The notes beneath the pieces were generated by a model. It worked only from the letters and a program-made list of their open reading frames with translations, searched no databases and had not been told where the DNA came from. Both the position numbers and the translations under genes were made by a program. From contig JAFQGK010000065.1 of the NCBI GenBank assembly GCA_017398335.1, forward strand, positions 9,765 through 73,764: a DNA stretch of 64,000 nucleotides, in the 5' to 3' direction. How positions within the stretch are numbered: position 1 is the stretch's first letter; every line of letters begins with the position of its first letter. This document shows positions 19,538 through 28,872 of this stretch, piece after piece. This DNA is from Bacteroidales bacterium (lineage in GTDB: Bacteria; Bacteroidota; Bacteroidia; Bacteroidales; UBA932).

Positions 19538-20956
19538 ATGAAGATTTTAAGAAACATATTCATTGTGTTGTCGCTTGCTGCATTTGTGGCATGTGAAGAC
19601 CCGAATGATGGATACCTTTGGAGTGATGACTGGAAAGAACAGACTCCTGAGCCAGATCCGGAAGAGCCGGGCCCTGAGGGACCTGGAACTGAGGGACCTG
19701 CTCCAGAGGTAAAGGAGGGTAAAGCCCGCCTTGTCTGGATTGATGCGGCTGCAAACTTCGAGGACTATGCTAACGACAAGGAGAATATCTCCAAGGATAT
19801 GTCCCGTCTCAAAGAAACAGGTTTTACTGGTGTGATTGTCGAAGTTCGTCCTACAACTGCAGGCGTGCTTTTTAAATCAGATGTAGAAGGACCTGTTACT
19901 CAGGTTGACGCTTGGATTCCCGGCGCTTATGTGTGGCTGCAGAGGACAGCTGATTTTGATTACCTGCAGGCTTTCATCGATGCTGGTAAGGACGTGGGAC
20001 TCGATGTCTATGCTGCCATCAATACAATGGTGGGCGGTAAGGAATGCCCTTATGGCCTTGGCTCTGATGGTCCGCTCTTCGACGGAACGGCAAAGAGGGA
20101 ATGGGCAAGTGTCGTTAATACATCCGATGGCCTCAAGAGCTGTATGGATATGGGATCAGGTACCAAATTCCTGAATCCTGCCAACGATGAGGTTGTGGAG
20201 TATCTCCTTGGAATTCTCGAAGACCTGGCAGCATATGATGTGAAGGGGATCATCCTTGACCGTTGCCGTTACGATGACAACGACCTTCAGAGTGATTTCT
20301 CAGATGTGTCCCGTCAGAAATTCGAGAAATATATCGGAAGGAAGGTGGAGAACTGGCCTGATGATATCTTCTCCCCTGGACAGAGCGACCTTGACAACTA
20401 TGTGACGGAAATGCAGCGTGACTGGATGACATTCCGTGCTAAGAACATCCATGACTTCATGGAGAAAGCTTCTGCAAGAGTACATTCCGTAAATCCTGAT
20501 ATCCGTTTCGGAGCCTATGTGGGAGCTTGGTATTCAAGCTACTATTATTCAGGAGTCAACTGGGCAAGTCCGGACTATAATGCCAGAAATGCCTACAACT
20601 GGGCTACTGCTGACTATAATCAGTATGGATATGCAGATCATTGCGACATAATGATCATAGGTGCATATGCCTCTACCAAGTCCATTTATGGAAACAGCGA
20701 GTGGACCATGCAGGGCTTCTGCAAGAGGGCTCAGACGATATTTGCCGGAGACGTTCCGTTCATAGGCGGTCCGGACATCGGAAACTCTACAGGCTTCACT
20801 GAAGGTGGTCAGGGAGCCTTGATGCCTGACATCGTAGATGCGTGCATCAATGCATCGACAGAAGGAATGTTCTTCTTCGACCTCTGTCATATAAAGATGT
20901 ATGACTACTGGGACGACATCAAGAAAGCCTTCGACCAATATCTGGAAACATTATAA
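19538..20956 (+). CDS. Second GHL10-like hydrolase, surface lipoprotein with a Pro/Glu linker
   Basis: Lipobox FVAC followed by EDPND; motifs FLNPANDEV, GIILDRCRYD, GAWYSSY...GVNWAS. Confidence 0.78.
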   Translation: MKILRNIFIVLSLAAFVACEDPNDGYLWSDDWKEQTPEPDPEEPGPEGPGTEGPAPEVKEGKARLVWIDAAANFEDYANDKENISKDMSRLKETGFTGVIVEVRPTTAGVLFKSDVEGPVTQVDAWIPGAYVWLQRTADFDYLQAFIDAGKDVGLDVYAAINTMVGGKECPYGLGSDGPLFDGTAKREWASVVNTSDGLKSCMDMGSGTKFLNPANDEVVEYLLGILEDLAAYDVKGIILDRCRYDDNDLQSDFSDVSRQKFEKYIGRKVENWPDDIFSPGQSDLDNYVTEMQRDWMTFRAKNIHDFMEKASARVHSVNPDIRFGAYVGAWYSSYYYSGVNWASPDYNARNAYNWATADYNQYGYADHCDIMIIGAYASTKSIYGNSEWTMQGFCKRAQTIFAGDVPFIGGPDIGNSTGFTEGGQGALMPDIVDACINASTEGMFFFDLCHIKMYDYWDDIKKAFDQYLETL

Positions 20957-20983
20957 ACTTTATACTAACCCAATTAAATTATC

Positions 20984-22549
20984 ATGAAAAAAATTGCTTT
21001 GATGCTGATGGCAGCATGTTTTGCTGTTGTCGCTTGTGAGGATGAGTTTGTTCCTCATGCTGATTTCCCACCTACACAGGTGACTATCCCTGCAGTAGGT
21101 ACAGACGAGGTACCTGTTGCATTTGATTTCTCTGCAAATGCAGCATGGACTGCCACTCTCGTAGGTGAGAATGTAGTCGAGTGGCTCTCTATCTCTCCTA
21201 AGAAGGGTGAGGCTGGTGATGCTACAATCAAGTTCACTGCAACTGCAAACACAGACAAAGAGAACCGCACTGCGACTCTCGAGATCACTGTTGCAGGTCT
21301 TGAGCCAATCCAGGTTCCTGTAGTTCAGCTTCAGAAGAACGCTATCGACGTAAACGCTGAGGATGCTTACACTGTATCTTTCAAGGGCGGTACAGTTGAG
21401 ATCGAGGTTGGTCACAATGTTGACTACACATACGAGGTTTCAGCTGAGTGGCTTGCTGAGGTTAAGTCTAAGGCTTACACAACTGACAAGCTTACTTTCT
21501 CTGCTCCAGAGCAGGAGGTTAACGCTCCAGCAAGAACTGCTACTGTAACTGTATACAGCGAGCTTGGTGTTGTTAAGGTCGTTACTGTTACTCAGGAGGC
21601 TTGGAGTCCTATCGTATGGTCTAAGTCACTTTCTGAGCTTGGCGCTACAGCTGGCCGTGTAGGTGTCGGTGCTTTCGGTAACTATGTTGCTTTCACTGCT
21701 AACGGTGCTGCATACCTCGCAGATGCTGCTACTGGTGAGAATGTTCAGAAAATTCCACTCCCTGACGGATTCGTAGCAGGTGGTGTTCACGTTGATGATG
21801 CTGGTAACCTTATGGTTTCTGGTCCGGATTGTCAGGTAGTAGGCGATGCTCCTTCAGGTGGACAGATGGGTGGAAATCTTCAACTCTATCTTGTTGATCC
21901 TACAACATTTACTCCTACTCCACTTGTTGACTACAATTCAGCTAACTTCTATTGCACAGAGATGGGTAACTTCCGCGTTAAGGGTGATGTTACAAAGGAC
22001 GCTGTAATTGCTGCTTATGTATGTACTGGTCCTGGCGCAACTTATGTTCTTTACTGGGAAGTTAAGAATGGCGTAGTAGCTGCTCCTGCTTACACAGTGC
22101 TTCCTGACTACTCTTGGGATGCTTCAACAGGTGTTGCAGCTCCAGTTGGTGCTACTCTTGCTGACGGTTTCTACTGTATCACTTATGGTGCTGATTACGA
22201 CCTCTTCTATTACGATGGAGCTGAGTGGGCTAAGACTTGGGAATCCCCTGCCTCTTGGATGGAGAACTTCAACTGTATTTCTACAACTGAAGTAAACGGT
22301 GTCAAGTATCTTGCTCTTACAATGTCTTGCCACTTCAACTATGACTACACTGATATCGTAGTTCTCGATGTAACTGATCCTAAGGCAGCTAAGGAAGTAT
22401 TCAAGATCCAGATGAACTTCCACACTACAAACGAGGCTGGTCTTACATACTCAGACATCTTCATCAAGGGTGAGGACGGCAAGCTCGCAGCTTACGTGAT
22501 CGACCCATGGATGGATGCAGTTGAGAAGTATCTCTTCCCACTTGAGTAA
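20984..22549 (+). CDS. Lipoprotein with tandem BACON domains and a C-terminal propeller-like domain
   Basis: Lipobox VVAC; BACON motifs WTA...WLSISP..G...NTDKENRTATLEIT...V.Q, present twice. Confidence 0.75.
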   Translation: MKKIALMLMAACFAVVACEDEFVPHADFPPTQVTIPAVGTDEVPVAFDFSANAAWTATLVGENVVEWLSISPKKGEAGDATIKFTATANTDKENRTATLEITVAGLEPIQVPVVQLQKNAIDVNAEDAYTVSFKGGTVEIEVGHNVDYTYEVSAEWLAEVKSKAYTTDKLTFSAPEQEVNAPARTATVTVYSELGVVKVVTVTQEAWSPIVWSKSLSELGATAGRVGVGAFGNYVAFTANGAAYLADAATGENVQKIPLPDGFVAGGVHVDDAGNLMVSGPDCQVVGDAPSGGQMGGNLQLYLVDPTTFTPTPLVDYNSANFYCTEMGNFRVKGDVTKDAVIAAYVCTGPGATYVLYWEVKNGVVAAPAYTVLPDYSWDASTGVAAPVGATLADGFYCITYGADYDLFYYDGAEWAKTWESPASWMENFNCISTTEVNGVKYLALTMSCHFNYDYTDIVVLDVTDPKAAKEVFKIQMNFHTTNEAGLTYSDIFIKGEDGKLAAYVIDPWMDAVEKYLFPLE

Positions 22550-22562
22550 TCATTCCAATACT

Positions 22563-22596
22563 TGCAGCCGGGGACACCGGTTTCCGGCTGCATTTT
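22563..22596 (+). terminator. Intrinsic terminator
   Basis: TGCAGCCGG...CCGGCTGCA stem followed by TTTT. Confidence 0.7.
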
Positions 22597-22625
22597 AAAA
22601 TTTTAAACTAAAACAGATCATTATA

Positions 22626-23789
22626 ATGGATTTCAAGAAACTTGCTGCTCAGTATAAGAGCGAGCTATTGGACAGCGTCCTTCCTTTCTGGCTTGAGAAG
22701 TCACAGGACCTCGAGTATGGCGGATATTTCAGCTGTCTGAACCGTGACGGTAGTGTCTTTGACACTGACAAGTTCATCTGGCTTCAGGGAAGGGAAGTGT
22801 GGATGTTTGCGATGTTGTATAATAAGGTGGAGAAGAAGCAGGAGTGGCTTGATTGCGCTATTCAGGGAGCTGAGTTCCTTAAGAAGCATGCGCACGACGG
22901 TAATTATGACTTCTATTTTTCGGTTACCCGTGAAGGAAATCCTATCATTCAGCCTTATAACATCTTCTCGAATACATTCGCATGTATGGCATTCGCCCAG
23001 CTTGCAGAGGCTACAGGCAGCGAGGAGTACAAGGAGATTGCTCTGAAGACTTTCCAGAGGATTCTTGACCGCCGTAATGATCCTAAGGGACGTTGGGAAA
23101 AATCATATCCCGGAACACGTCCTATGAAGGGCTTTGCTCTTCCTATGATCATATGCAACATGGCGCTTGAAATCGAAAACATCCTGCCGGATAAATCCAT
23201 GCTGGATGTCACAATCGACGAGTGCCTTGGTGAAATCCTGAATGTGTTCTATCAGCCTGACCTTGGCGTGATGCTGGAGAATGTCTCTCCGGACGGTACG
23301 CCGATAGATTGCTTTGAAGGACGTGAAATCAATCCCGGACATGATCTGGAGGCACTCTGGTTCATGATGAATCTCGGTATACGTCGTAATGACAAGGCAT
23401 TGATTGAGAAGTGTGTAAAGATTTCTCTCGATGTCATCGAGTATGGCTGGGACAAGGAATATGGCGGCATATTCTATTTCATGGACAGCAAGTGTGTTCC
23501 ACAGCAGAAGCTTGAGTGGGATCAGAAACTCTGGTGGGTTCATCTCGAATCGGCCATCTGCATGATAAAGGGCTACCAGTTGACAGGCAATCTTCAGTGT
23601 CTTGAGTGGTTCAACAGGCTCCACGATTATATGTGGACGCATTTCAAGGATGAAGAGTATCCTGAGTGGTATGGATATCTGAATCGTCGTGGCGAGGTTC
23701 TGCTTCCTCTTAAAGGCGGCAAATGGAAGGGATGCTTCCATGTTCCTCGTGGACTCTATCAGATATGGCAGATCCTTGAAACACTTTAA
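22626..23789 (+). CDS. N-acylglucosamine 2-epimerase (AGE family; Bacteroides NanE-like)
   Basis: Motifs DKFIWLQGR, NPGHDLE, KLWWVH, EWYGYLNRRG, KGGKWKGCFHVPR. Confidence 0.9.
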   Translation: MDFKKLAAQYKSELLDSVLPFWLEKSQDLEYGGYFSCLNRDGSVFDTDKFIWLQGREVWMFAMLYNKVEKKQEWLDCAIQGAEFLKKHAHDGNYDFYFSVTREGNPIIQPYNIFSNTFACMAFAQLAEATGSEEYKEIALKTFQRILDRRNDPKGRWEKSYPGTRPMKGFALPMIICNMALEIENILPDKSMLDVTIDECLGEILNVFYQPDLGVMLENVSPDGTPIDCFEGREINPGHDLEALWFMMNLGIRRNDKALIEKCVKISLDVIEYGWDKEYGGIFYFMDSKCVPQQKLEWDQKLWWVHLESAICMIKGYQLTGNLQCLEWFNRLHDYMWTHFKDEEYPEWYGYLNRRGEVLLPLKGGKWKGCFHVPRGLYQIWQILETL

Positions 23790-23809
23790 TCTGCCCACAT
23801 AGATACATA

Positions 23810-23844
23810 AAAAACGCTGTATGAGGTAATCATACAGCGTTTTT
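23810..23844. terminator. Bidirectional terminator between convergent genes
   Basis: AAAAACGCTGTATGA-ggtaa-TCATACAGCGTTTTT, a perfect 15-bp stem. Confidence 0.85.
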
Positions 23845-23860
23845 AAATAAATATATGCCT

Positions 23861-25285
23861 CTATCGGTTGATTTCCTGTCTGTAGACTCTACCGAAGCGG
23901 TCTGTGACGCGTACTTCAATGACTTTGGCACCAGGGGACAGACTTGCACGGAACATGTTCCATGTCGGATATGCACAGACCCATTCTCTCTTGAACTTGC
24001 CTGTTGCAGGGCTGTAATAGCTCTTCGCTGCCGGATCATATCCCTTGAATCTTTCCATGTCGCATACCTTTACGCCATCCTCGAAATATTCTACTTTCCA
24101 CATAGGATCGTAATCCCAAATGTTGGCAACTGTATATCCTTTGTATTCGTCATCATCGACATATACCTTCATCTGATGGTCGAGCGGCTTGCCGCTTGAT
24201 TTGAACTGCCAGGTCACCTTATCTCCGTCAAATTCAATTGCCTTCCATCCTATAGGAGTGCCGTCGATGCAGTATGGACCGCACCACCATGCGCCACAAA
24301 GGCCGGAAATGTTCTGTTCCATCAGATCTGGAGTGATGATCTGGTTCATTGATGTGTGCGTATGTCCGGACAATATTATAGCTTTATAAGGAGCAAGTCT
24401 TTCGTATAGCGCTTTCTTATTGCTCATTATTTCGCTTATGTCGTTGTAGCTGAATGCTTCACGGTCGGATTCCCAGAGTGTAGTAGGAATGTGTACGGAA
24501 ACTACTACGGTAGAGCCGGCCGGTACATATGACAGATCTCTTTCCAGCCAGCGAAGCTGCCTCTGTTCAAGGTATCCGATATAGAACCAGTCGCGTCCGA
24601 TAAAGAAGTTGTTGTTCAGAACAACATAATGGACTTTTCCTACGTTGAATGAGTACCATGCAGGTCCGAATGCATCCTCGAAATCTTTGGCCGATCCTTC
24701 AAACTGATTGCCCCAGCATGTCATGTCATGGTTGCCCATCACTATCCTCATAGGAATTCCTACATGATCGAAAGCCTTCTTGATACCGGGGTAGAGCCTA
24801 TGGTCCCATCCTACGAGGTCTCCGAGGCAGATTGCAAAGGTCTCGTCAGAATCCATGGATTTGACGAATTCTCCCATAGCCTTGGTCTGCTCTTCAAGCT
24901 GAGGCAGCTCATCAGCTTCTGAAATCTGTGGGTCGGCAAATGCTATGAGATTGTGGCGTGTGTCATCCTTTTCCTTTTTCCTGACGATGAAATCATAGCT
25001 CTTCTTAGCATTTCTGCCTATGGCCATGAAGTAAGACTCATTTCCGGCACTTGTAGACGAACTGTAACCAGCCGGAGTCGAGATGAATATGAATCTGCTG
25101 TCCTGATCCGGATCGATCTCGAAACGTCCTTTACTGTCAGTGACTGTCGTCAGCAGACCATCTGAAACTACTACGCCCGAGATTGCATTCCCTTCGGTAT
25201 CCTTTACGGTTCCTTTGATTTCTTTTGCATCTGCATATGAGAATGTATATGCCAATGCTAAAAATATGGTAAGTATTCTTTTCAT
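23861..25285 (-). CDS. Secreted calcineurin-like metallophosphoesterase (MetallophosN/C architecture)
   Basis: Signal peptide from MKRILTIF; motifs GVVVSDG, ADPQ, LGDL, GNHD, SGHTH, CGAWW. Confidence 0.87.
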   Translation of the reverse strand: MKRILTIFLALAYTFSYADAKEIKGTVKDTEGNAISGVVVSDGLLTTVTDSKGRFEIDPDQDSRFIFISTPAGYSSSTSAGNESYFMAIGRNAKKSYDFIVRKKEKDDTRHNLIAFADPQISEADELPQLEEQTKAMGEFVKSMDSDETFAICLGDLVGWDHRLYPGIKKAFDHVGIPMRIVMGNHDMTCWGNQFEGSAKDFEDAFGPAWYSFNVGKVHYVVLNNNFFIGRDWFYIGYLEQRQLRWLERDLSYVPAGSTVVVSVHIPTTLWESDREAFSYNDISEIMSNKKALYERLAPYKAIILSGHTHTSMNQIITPDLMEQNISGLCGAWWCGPYCIDGTPIGWKAIEFDGDKVTWQFKSSGKPLDHQMKVYVDDDEYKGYTVANIWDYDPMWKVEYFEDGVKVCDMERFKGYDPAAKSYYSPATGKFKREWVCAYPTWNMFRASLSPGAKVIEVRVTDRFGRVYRQEINR

Positions 25286-25298
25286 GCTTATCTGTCTT

Positions 25299-26411
25299 TT
25301 ACCTGTATGCCTTTCCTTCCATCTCCCAGCCTGTAAGGGTAGAGATATATGGAATCGCACAGCTTGCTACCTTTATCTGGCCTTTATAATTCGGATGCCA
25401 GCATGCTCCGAGCTCATTGTCTTCGTTATATACATCCCTGGTCAGACCCATATAGGAAATGTTCTTCAATCCGCTTGTGCGGCACGCCTCCCTAATGTAG
25501 TCATATGTATAAGGAGAACAGTTTGAAGCCATACAAAGTATCGGAATGTCTTCACCGTAGGCCGCTCTGATCTTGTTCAGCAGTTCCGTATAGCGTGCAG
25601 CAAACCTTTCTGAGGATGGCTGCTCTCCTGTGGAGAAATCGTTTGTTCCCAAGTATATCACCACTATGTCTGGGGTGAATTCAGCCTTGGACTGGTCCCA
25701 TATAAGAGTCTTGTCTTCATCGAATGCCTGGCTGTATCTGTCCGGCATGTTATATCCGCTTCTGCTGCCGCCATAATTTCTGGCAATTCCTTGTCCCGAG
25801 TGACATACAAGATTGTAGTCGGCGTTGAAGTACCTTGCCGCTATGGCAGCATATGTGAGGTTGCAATTTTCCGTTTTGGCTTCGAACGGATCGTCCTTTG
25901 AACTGCTTTCCGTACCGAATCCTGCCGTATATGAATCTCCTATGAATTCAATGTGTCTTTCCTTGCGCCCGTCTGCCTGAAGCACTTCTCCTTCGGTCAG
26001 GAAAGAATGCAGGGTTATTTTACCTTGCTCTCCTTCCGTCTTTTTCTGGAGTATCACTTCGTGTTCCCCCTTTCCAAGCCCCTCAGCAAGGACTATTACG
26101 GTATCTTTAGCTTCAACTGAGAACCTTCTGTCTGCCTCAGGTCCCATTTCCTTGTCGATCCACAGGTTGAACCAGCTGTTTCTGGAGTCAGAGCATCTTA
26201 CTGCAAGGTACGGTCCGTTGAAACGTATTCTGAGATATACTCCGCTCCAATCGTATGACACCTCCGCACCATCCTTGATGACACGTCCGGTGTATTCTAT
26301 GCGGCTGTCGGAGGCCGGTGTCTCTATCCTTTCGACTTTTCTTCTGGCAGAAAGATCGCTGCAGAGTGCTGATGTGGCTGCAATGGCCAGTAATAAAATG
26401 AATCTTTTCAT
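25299..26411 (-). CDS. SGNH/GDSL esterase, CE2-like acetyl esterase
   Basis: Motifs EFIGDSYTAGFG, SGQG, LGTND, WHPN; CE2-type N-terminal jelly-roll; signal peptide MKRFILL. Confidence 0.82.
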   Translation of the reverse strand: MKRFILLLAIAATSALCSDLSARRKVERIETPASDSRIEYTGRVIKDGAEVSYDWSGVYLRIRFNGPYLAVRCSDSRNSWFNLWIDKEMGPEADRRFSVEAKDTVIVLAEGLGKGEHEVILQKKTEGEQGKITLHSFLTEGEVLQADGRKERHIEFIGDSYTAGFGTESSSKDDPFEAKTENCNLTYAAIAARYFNADYNLVCHSGQGIARNYGGSRSGYNMPDRYSQAFDEDKTLIWDQSKAEFTPDIVVIYLGTNDFSTGEQPSSERFAARYTELLNKIRAAYGEDIPILCMASNCSPYTYDYIREACRTSGLKNISYMGLTRDVYNEDNELGACWHPNYKGQIKVASCAIPYISTLTGWEMEGKAYR

Positions 26412-26413
26412 AT

Positions 26414-27784
26414 CTAGCTTCTCCAAAATAATTTCAGTTTAGTGAACATATATGTAAATATCATCATCAGTCCCGTAATGATCACTCCTTGAACAACTCC
26501 CCAGAACTGGGAGCCTTCTGACAGAGACGAGAGGAGGCCGTATGCTCCGGTAAGGTTAAGGATCGGACCGATAAGGAATGAGGTTATGGTATAGGCGATC
26601 ATCGGATTCTGTCCGACACCGGCCAGAAATCTTTGTCTGACATTGAACCTGATTTCCAGCATGAGCAGGAAGGATGTCACCAGAGCTGCCATTCCGCCTG
26701 TAGTAAGCAGATAGGAAATGTTGCAGTAATCTTTGGTTATTCCTCCGTCTATGGGGTCGAAAACAATGCCGGTCAGCATGAGGGCGAAGCCTGTGTATGC
26801 CGTAAAGGTGTATATGTTTCTTGACTTAAATGTCAGGATAATGAATATTGCTGCAAGTACGGCAGATATAATGAAGTCAGCAGTGACATTTCTTGTATAT
26901 AGGCCCCATAGCTGAATCAGCATGGCAGCAAGTGCAATAGCTCCTGCAGCTACGCCTTTATTGTCAATTGTTGCAGGTTCCCCGCTTCTGCTGTATGCTA
27001 GAATCCTGTCACCTACGACTGATGACGGAATGACAATCAGAAGATACTGCAGCCAGTCCCAGGTGAAGAACCAGCTGATCGAGTCTGTCGAAGGAATGAT
27101 TGACAATGTTTCGGGAATGTAGGAGTCCATGGCTTTAAGAGCTGCCGCGAGCAGAAAGACAAGCCATCTCAGCCTTGTGTTGTCTCTTGTCAGAAGCCAT
27201 ATGAGTCCACCCCATAATGAAACATTGGCAAGAATCATTATTATTATATCGCACTTTCCTTTGTCAAGAGGAATGCCGAACCATTTGACATGGATGACGC
27301 CCAGAAGACATATTGTGAGTATTCCGCTGATATTGAGTGTGTTGCCGGTCTTGCCCTTTATGCGTACAAGACTCATGAACATTCCTGCCCATAGGGCGAT
27401 CATATAGATATAGACCTGCCATGCAGGCTGTGCAGTAGCTGATACGGAGTATGCGTTGCCGAGAAGTAAGGCGAAACAGGTCAGTATCAGCCATCTTTTG
27501 ACAAGCCCCAGTATTATTTTCCATAGACTTTGTCCACTTTCTATCCTTTTCCTCATTGCGAAAGGAAAGGCTGCTCCCATTGGGAACAGAAAGAATGGGA
27601 ATACGAGATCCACCCATGTCAGACCGGCGCAAGTCGGGTCGAAGGCGTAGGTGGGTGGGGGAGTCTGTGCATGAAACATCCATGCAGGAAGACCGGAGTC
27701 GAATCCTATGTTTGCACATAGGATCATACCAGCGATTGCAATTCCTCTCAGTATGTCAATCGATGCGATGCGTTCCTTGTACAC
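26414..27784 (-). CDS. DUF5009 multi-TM protein (HGSNAT/NagX-like acyltransferase superfamily)
   Basis: RIASIDILRG, WMFHAQTPPP, GLTWVDLVFPFFLF; many TM helices. Confidence 0.78.
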   Translation of the reverse strand: MYKERIASIDILRGIAIAGMILCANIGFDSGLPAWMFHAQTPPPTYAFDPTCAGLTWVDLVFPFFLFPMGAAFPFAMRKRIESGQSLWKIILGLVKRWLILTCFALLLGNAYSVSATAQPAWQVYIYMIALWAGMFMSLVRIKGKTGNTLNISGILTICLLGVIHVKWFGIPLDKGKCDIIIMILANVSLWGGLIWLLTRDNTRLRWLVFLLAAALKAMDSYIPETLSIIPSTDSISWFFTWDWLQYLLIVIPSSVVGDRILAYSRSGEPATIDNKGVAAGAIALAAMLIQLWGLYTRNVTADFIISAVLAAIFIILTFKSRNIYTFTAYTGFALMLTGIVFDPIDGGITKDYCNISYLLTTGGMAALVTSFLLMLEIRFNVRQRFLAGVGQNPMIAYTITSFLIGPILNLTGAYGLLSSLSEGSQFWGVVQGVIITGLMMIFTYMFTKLKLFWRS

Positions 27785-27794
27785 GATAATTCTG

Positions 27795-27846
27795 TTTTTA
27801 TAATTCTTTACAAATTTAGCTATAATTTATAAAAGAATTATAAAAA
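27795..27846. promoter_or_regulatory. AT-rich palindrome enclosing the -7 promoter (TAAATTTG, minus strand) of the DUF5009 operon
   Basis: TTTTTATAATTCTTT...AAAGAATTATAAAAA, perfect 15-bp arms. Confidence 0.55.
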
Positions 27847-27848
27847 TA

Positions 27849-28778
27849 TCAGAAGCATTCCTTAAGGATTTCTACAATATTGCGTGATTTGCCCATGGTA
27901 TAGAAATGTACGGCTGGAACTCCGTGGCTGATAAGGTCTTTGCATTGCATCGCGCACCATTCCGTGCCTATACGGTATATGGCTTCCTTATCGTCTTTCG
28001 CCTTAGCTATTTCGTCAGTAAGTTCGACCGGAATGTTAAGCGAGAATGCCTCAGGAAGCATATTGACCTGTCTGGCTGTTGACAGAGGTTTCAGACCCGG
28101 TATTATCGGTACGGTTATTCCTGCTTCGCGGCAACGTTTCACAAAGTCGTAATATACCTTGTTGTCGAAGAACATCTGCGTGATTATATAATCTGCACCT
28201 GCATCAACCTTCTTCTTGAGATTAATAATGTCGGTCTCGATGTTTGCCGCTTCAAAGTGCTTTTCAGGATATCCTCCGACTCCGATGCAGAACAAATCTG
28301 CTCCATACTTCTTTTCGTATCCATGGATTCCTTCAACGAGTTCGCTTGCATACCGGTAGCCTCCGGGTGTAGGAGTGAAGCGCTTCTCTCCAAGTGTACT
28401 GTCACCTCTCAAGGCCACGATATTGCTGATTCCCATGAACTTAAGGTTGTCGAGCTTGCTGTCGATCTCTTCTCTGGTATTTCCCCCGCATATAAGGTGA
28501 GGTACCACTTCGATATCATATCTGGACAAAATGGCTCCACAGACCGTTGTCTCGTTGATACGGTTACGGATCAACTTGCGGGTGAAACTGCCGTCTGCCT
28601 GCTGGCTGTACTCGTATTCGTCCCTGTGGCTGGTCACATTTATATATTTAGGCTTGAACTCCATGAATGGGGCAATGCTTTCCAGAAGTTCCGCCTTCGT
28701 GATTCCTTTGAGAGGAGGTACAATTTCGATGGAAGGGAATGCCTTTGTACTGCAAGCCAGTATGTCAGATATCTTCAT
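27849..28778 (-). CDS. metF: 5,10-methylenetetrahydrofolate reductase
   Basis: Motifs VPHLICGG, ALRGD, GYPEKH, ITQMFFD, HFYTM. Confidence 0.93.
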   Translation of the reverse strand: MKISDILACSTKAFPSIEIVPPLKGITKAELLESIAPFMEFKPKYINVTSHRDEYEYSQQADGSFTRKLIRNRINETTVCGAILSRYDIEVVPHLICGGNTREEIDSKLDNLKFMGISNIVALRGDSTLGEKRFTPTPGGYRYASELVEGIHGYEKKYGADLFCIGVGGYPEKHFEAANIETDIINLKKKVDAGADYIITQMFFDNKVYYDFVKRCREAGITVPIIPGLKPLSTARQVNMLPEAFSLNIPVELTDEIAKAKDDKEAIYRIGTEWCAMQCKDLISHGVPAVHFYTMGKSRNIVEILKECF

Positions 28779-28872
28779 AAGTTTATTTTCTTGGAGGGTA
28801 ACTCTTTGTCTATTAGTGTGTTATGATTAATGCTTCTTTGATGGACCGAGCTTCTGTGTGAGCGCTGCACTG

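Noticed and set aside
19640-19710. Short PEG/PE repeats as a repeat element
   Set aside because: Ordinary Pro-rich lipoprotein linker.
28779-28872. Possible SAM or cobalamin riboswitch near metF/metH
   Set aside because: No recognisable consensus, and the gaps are too short.
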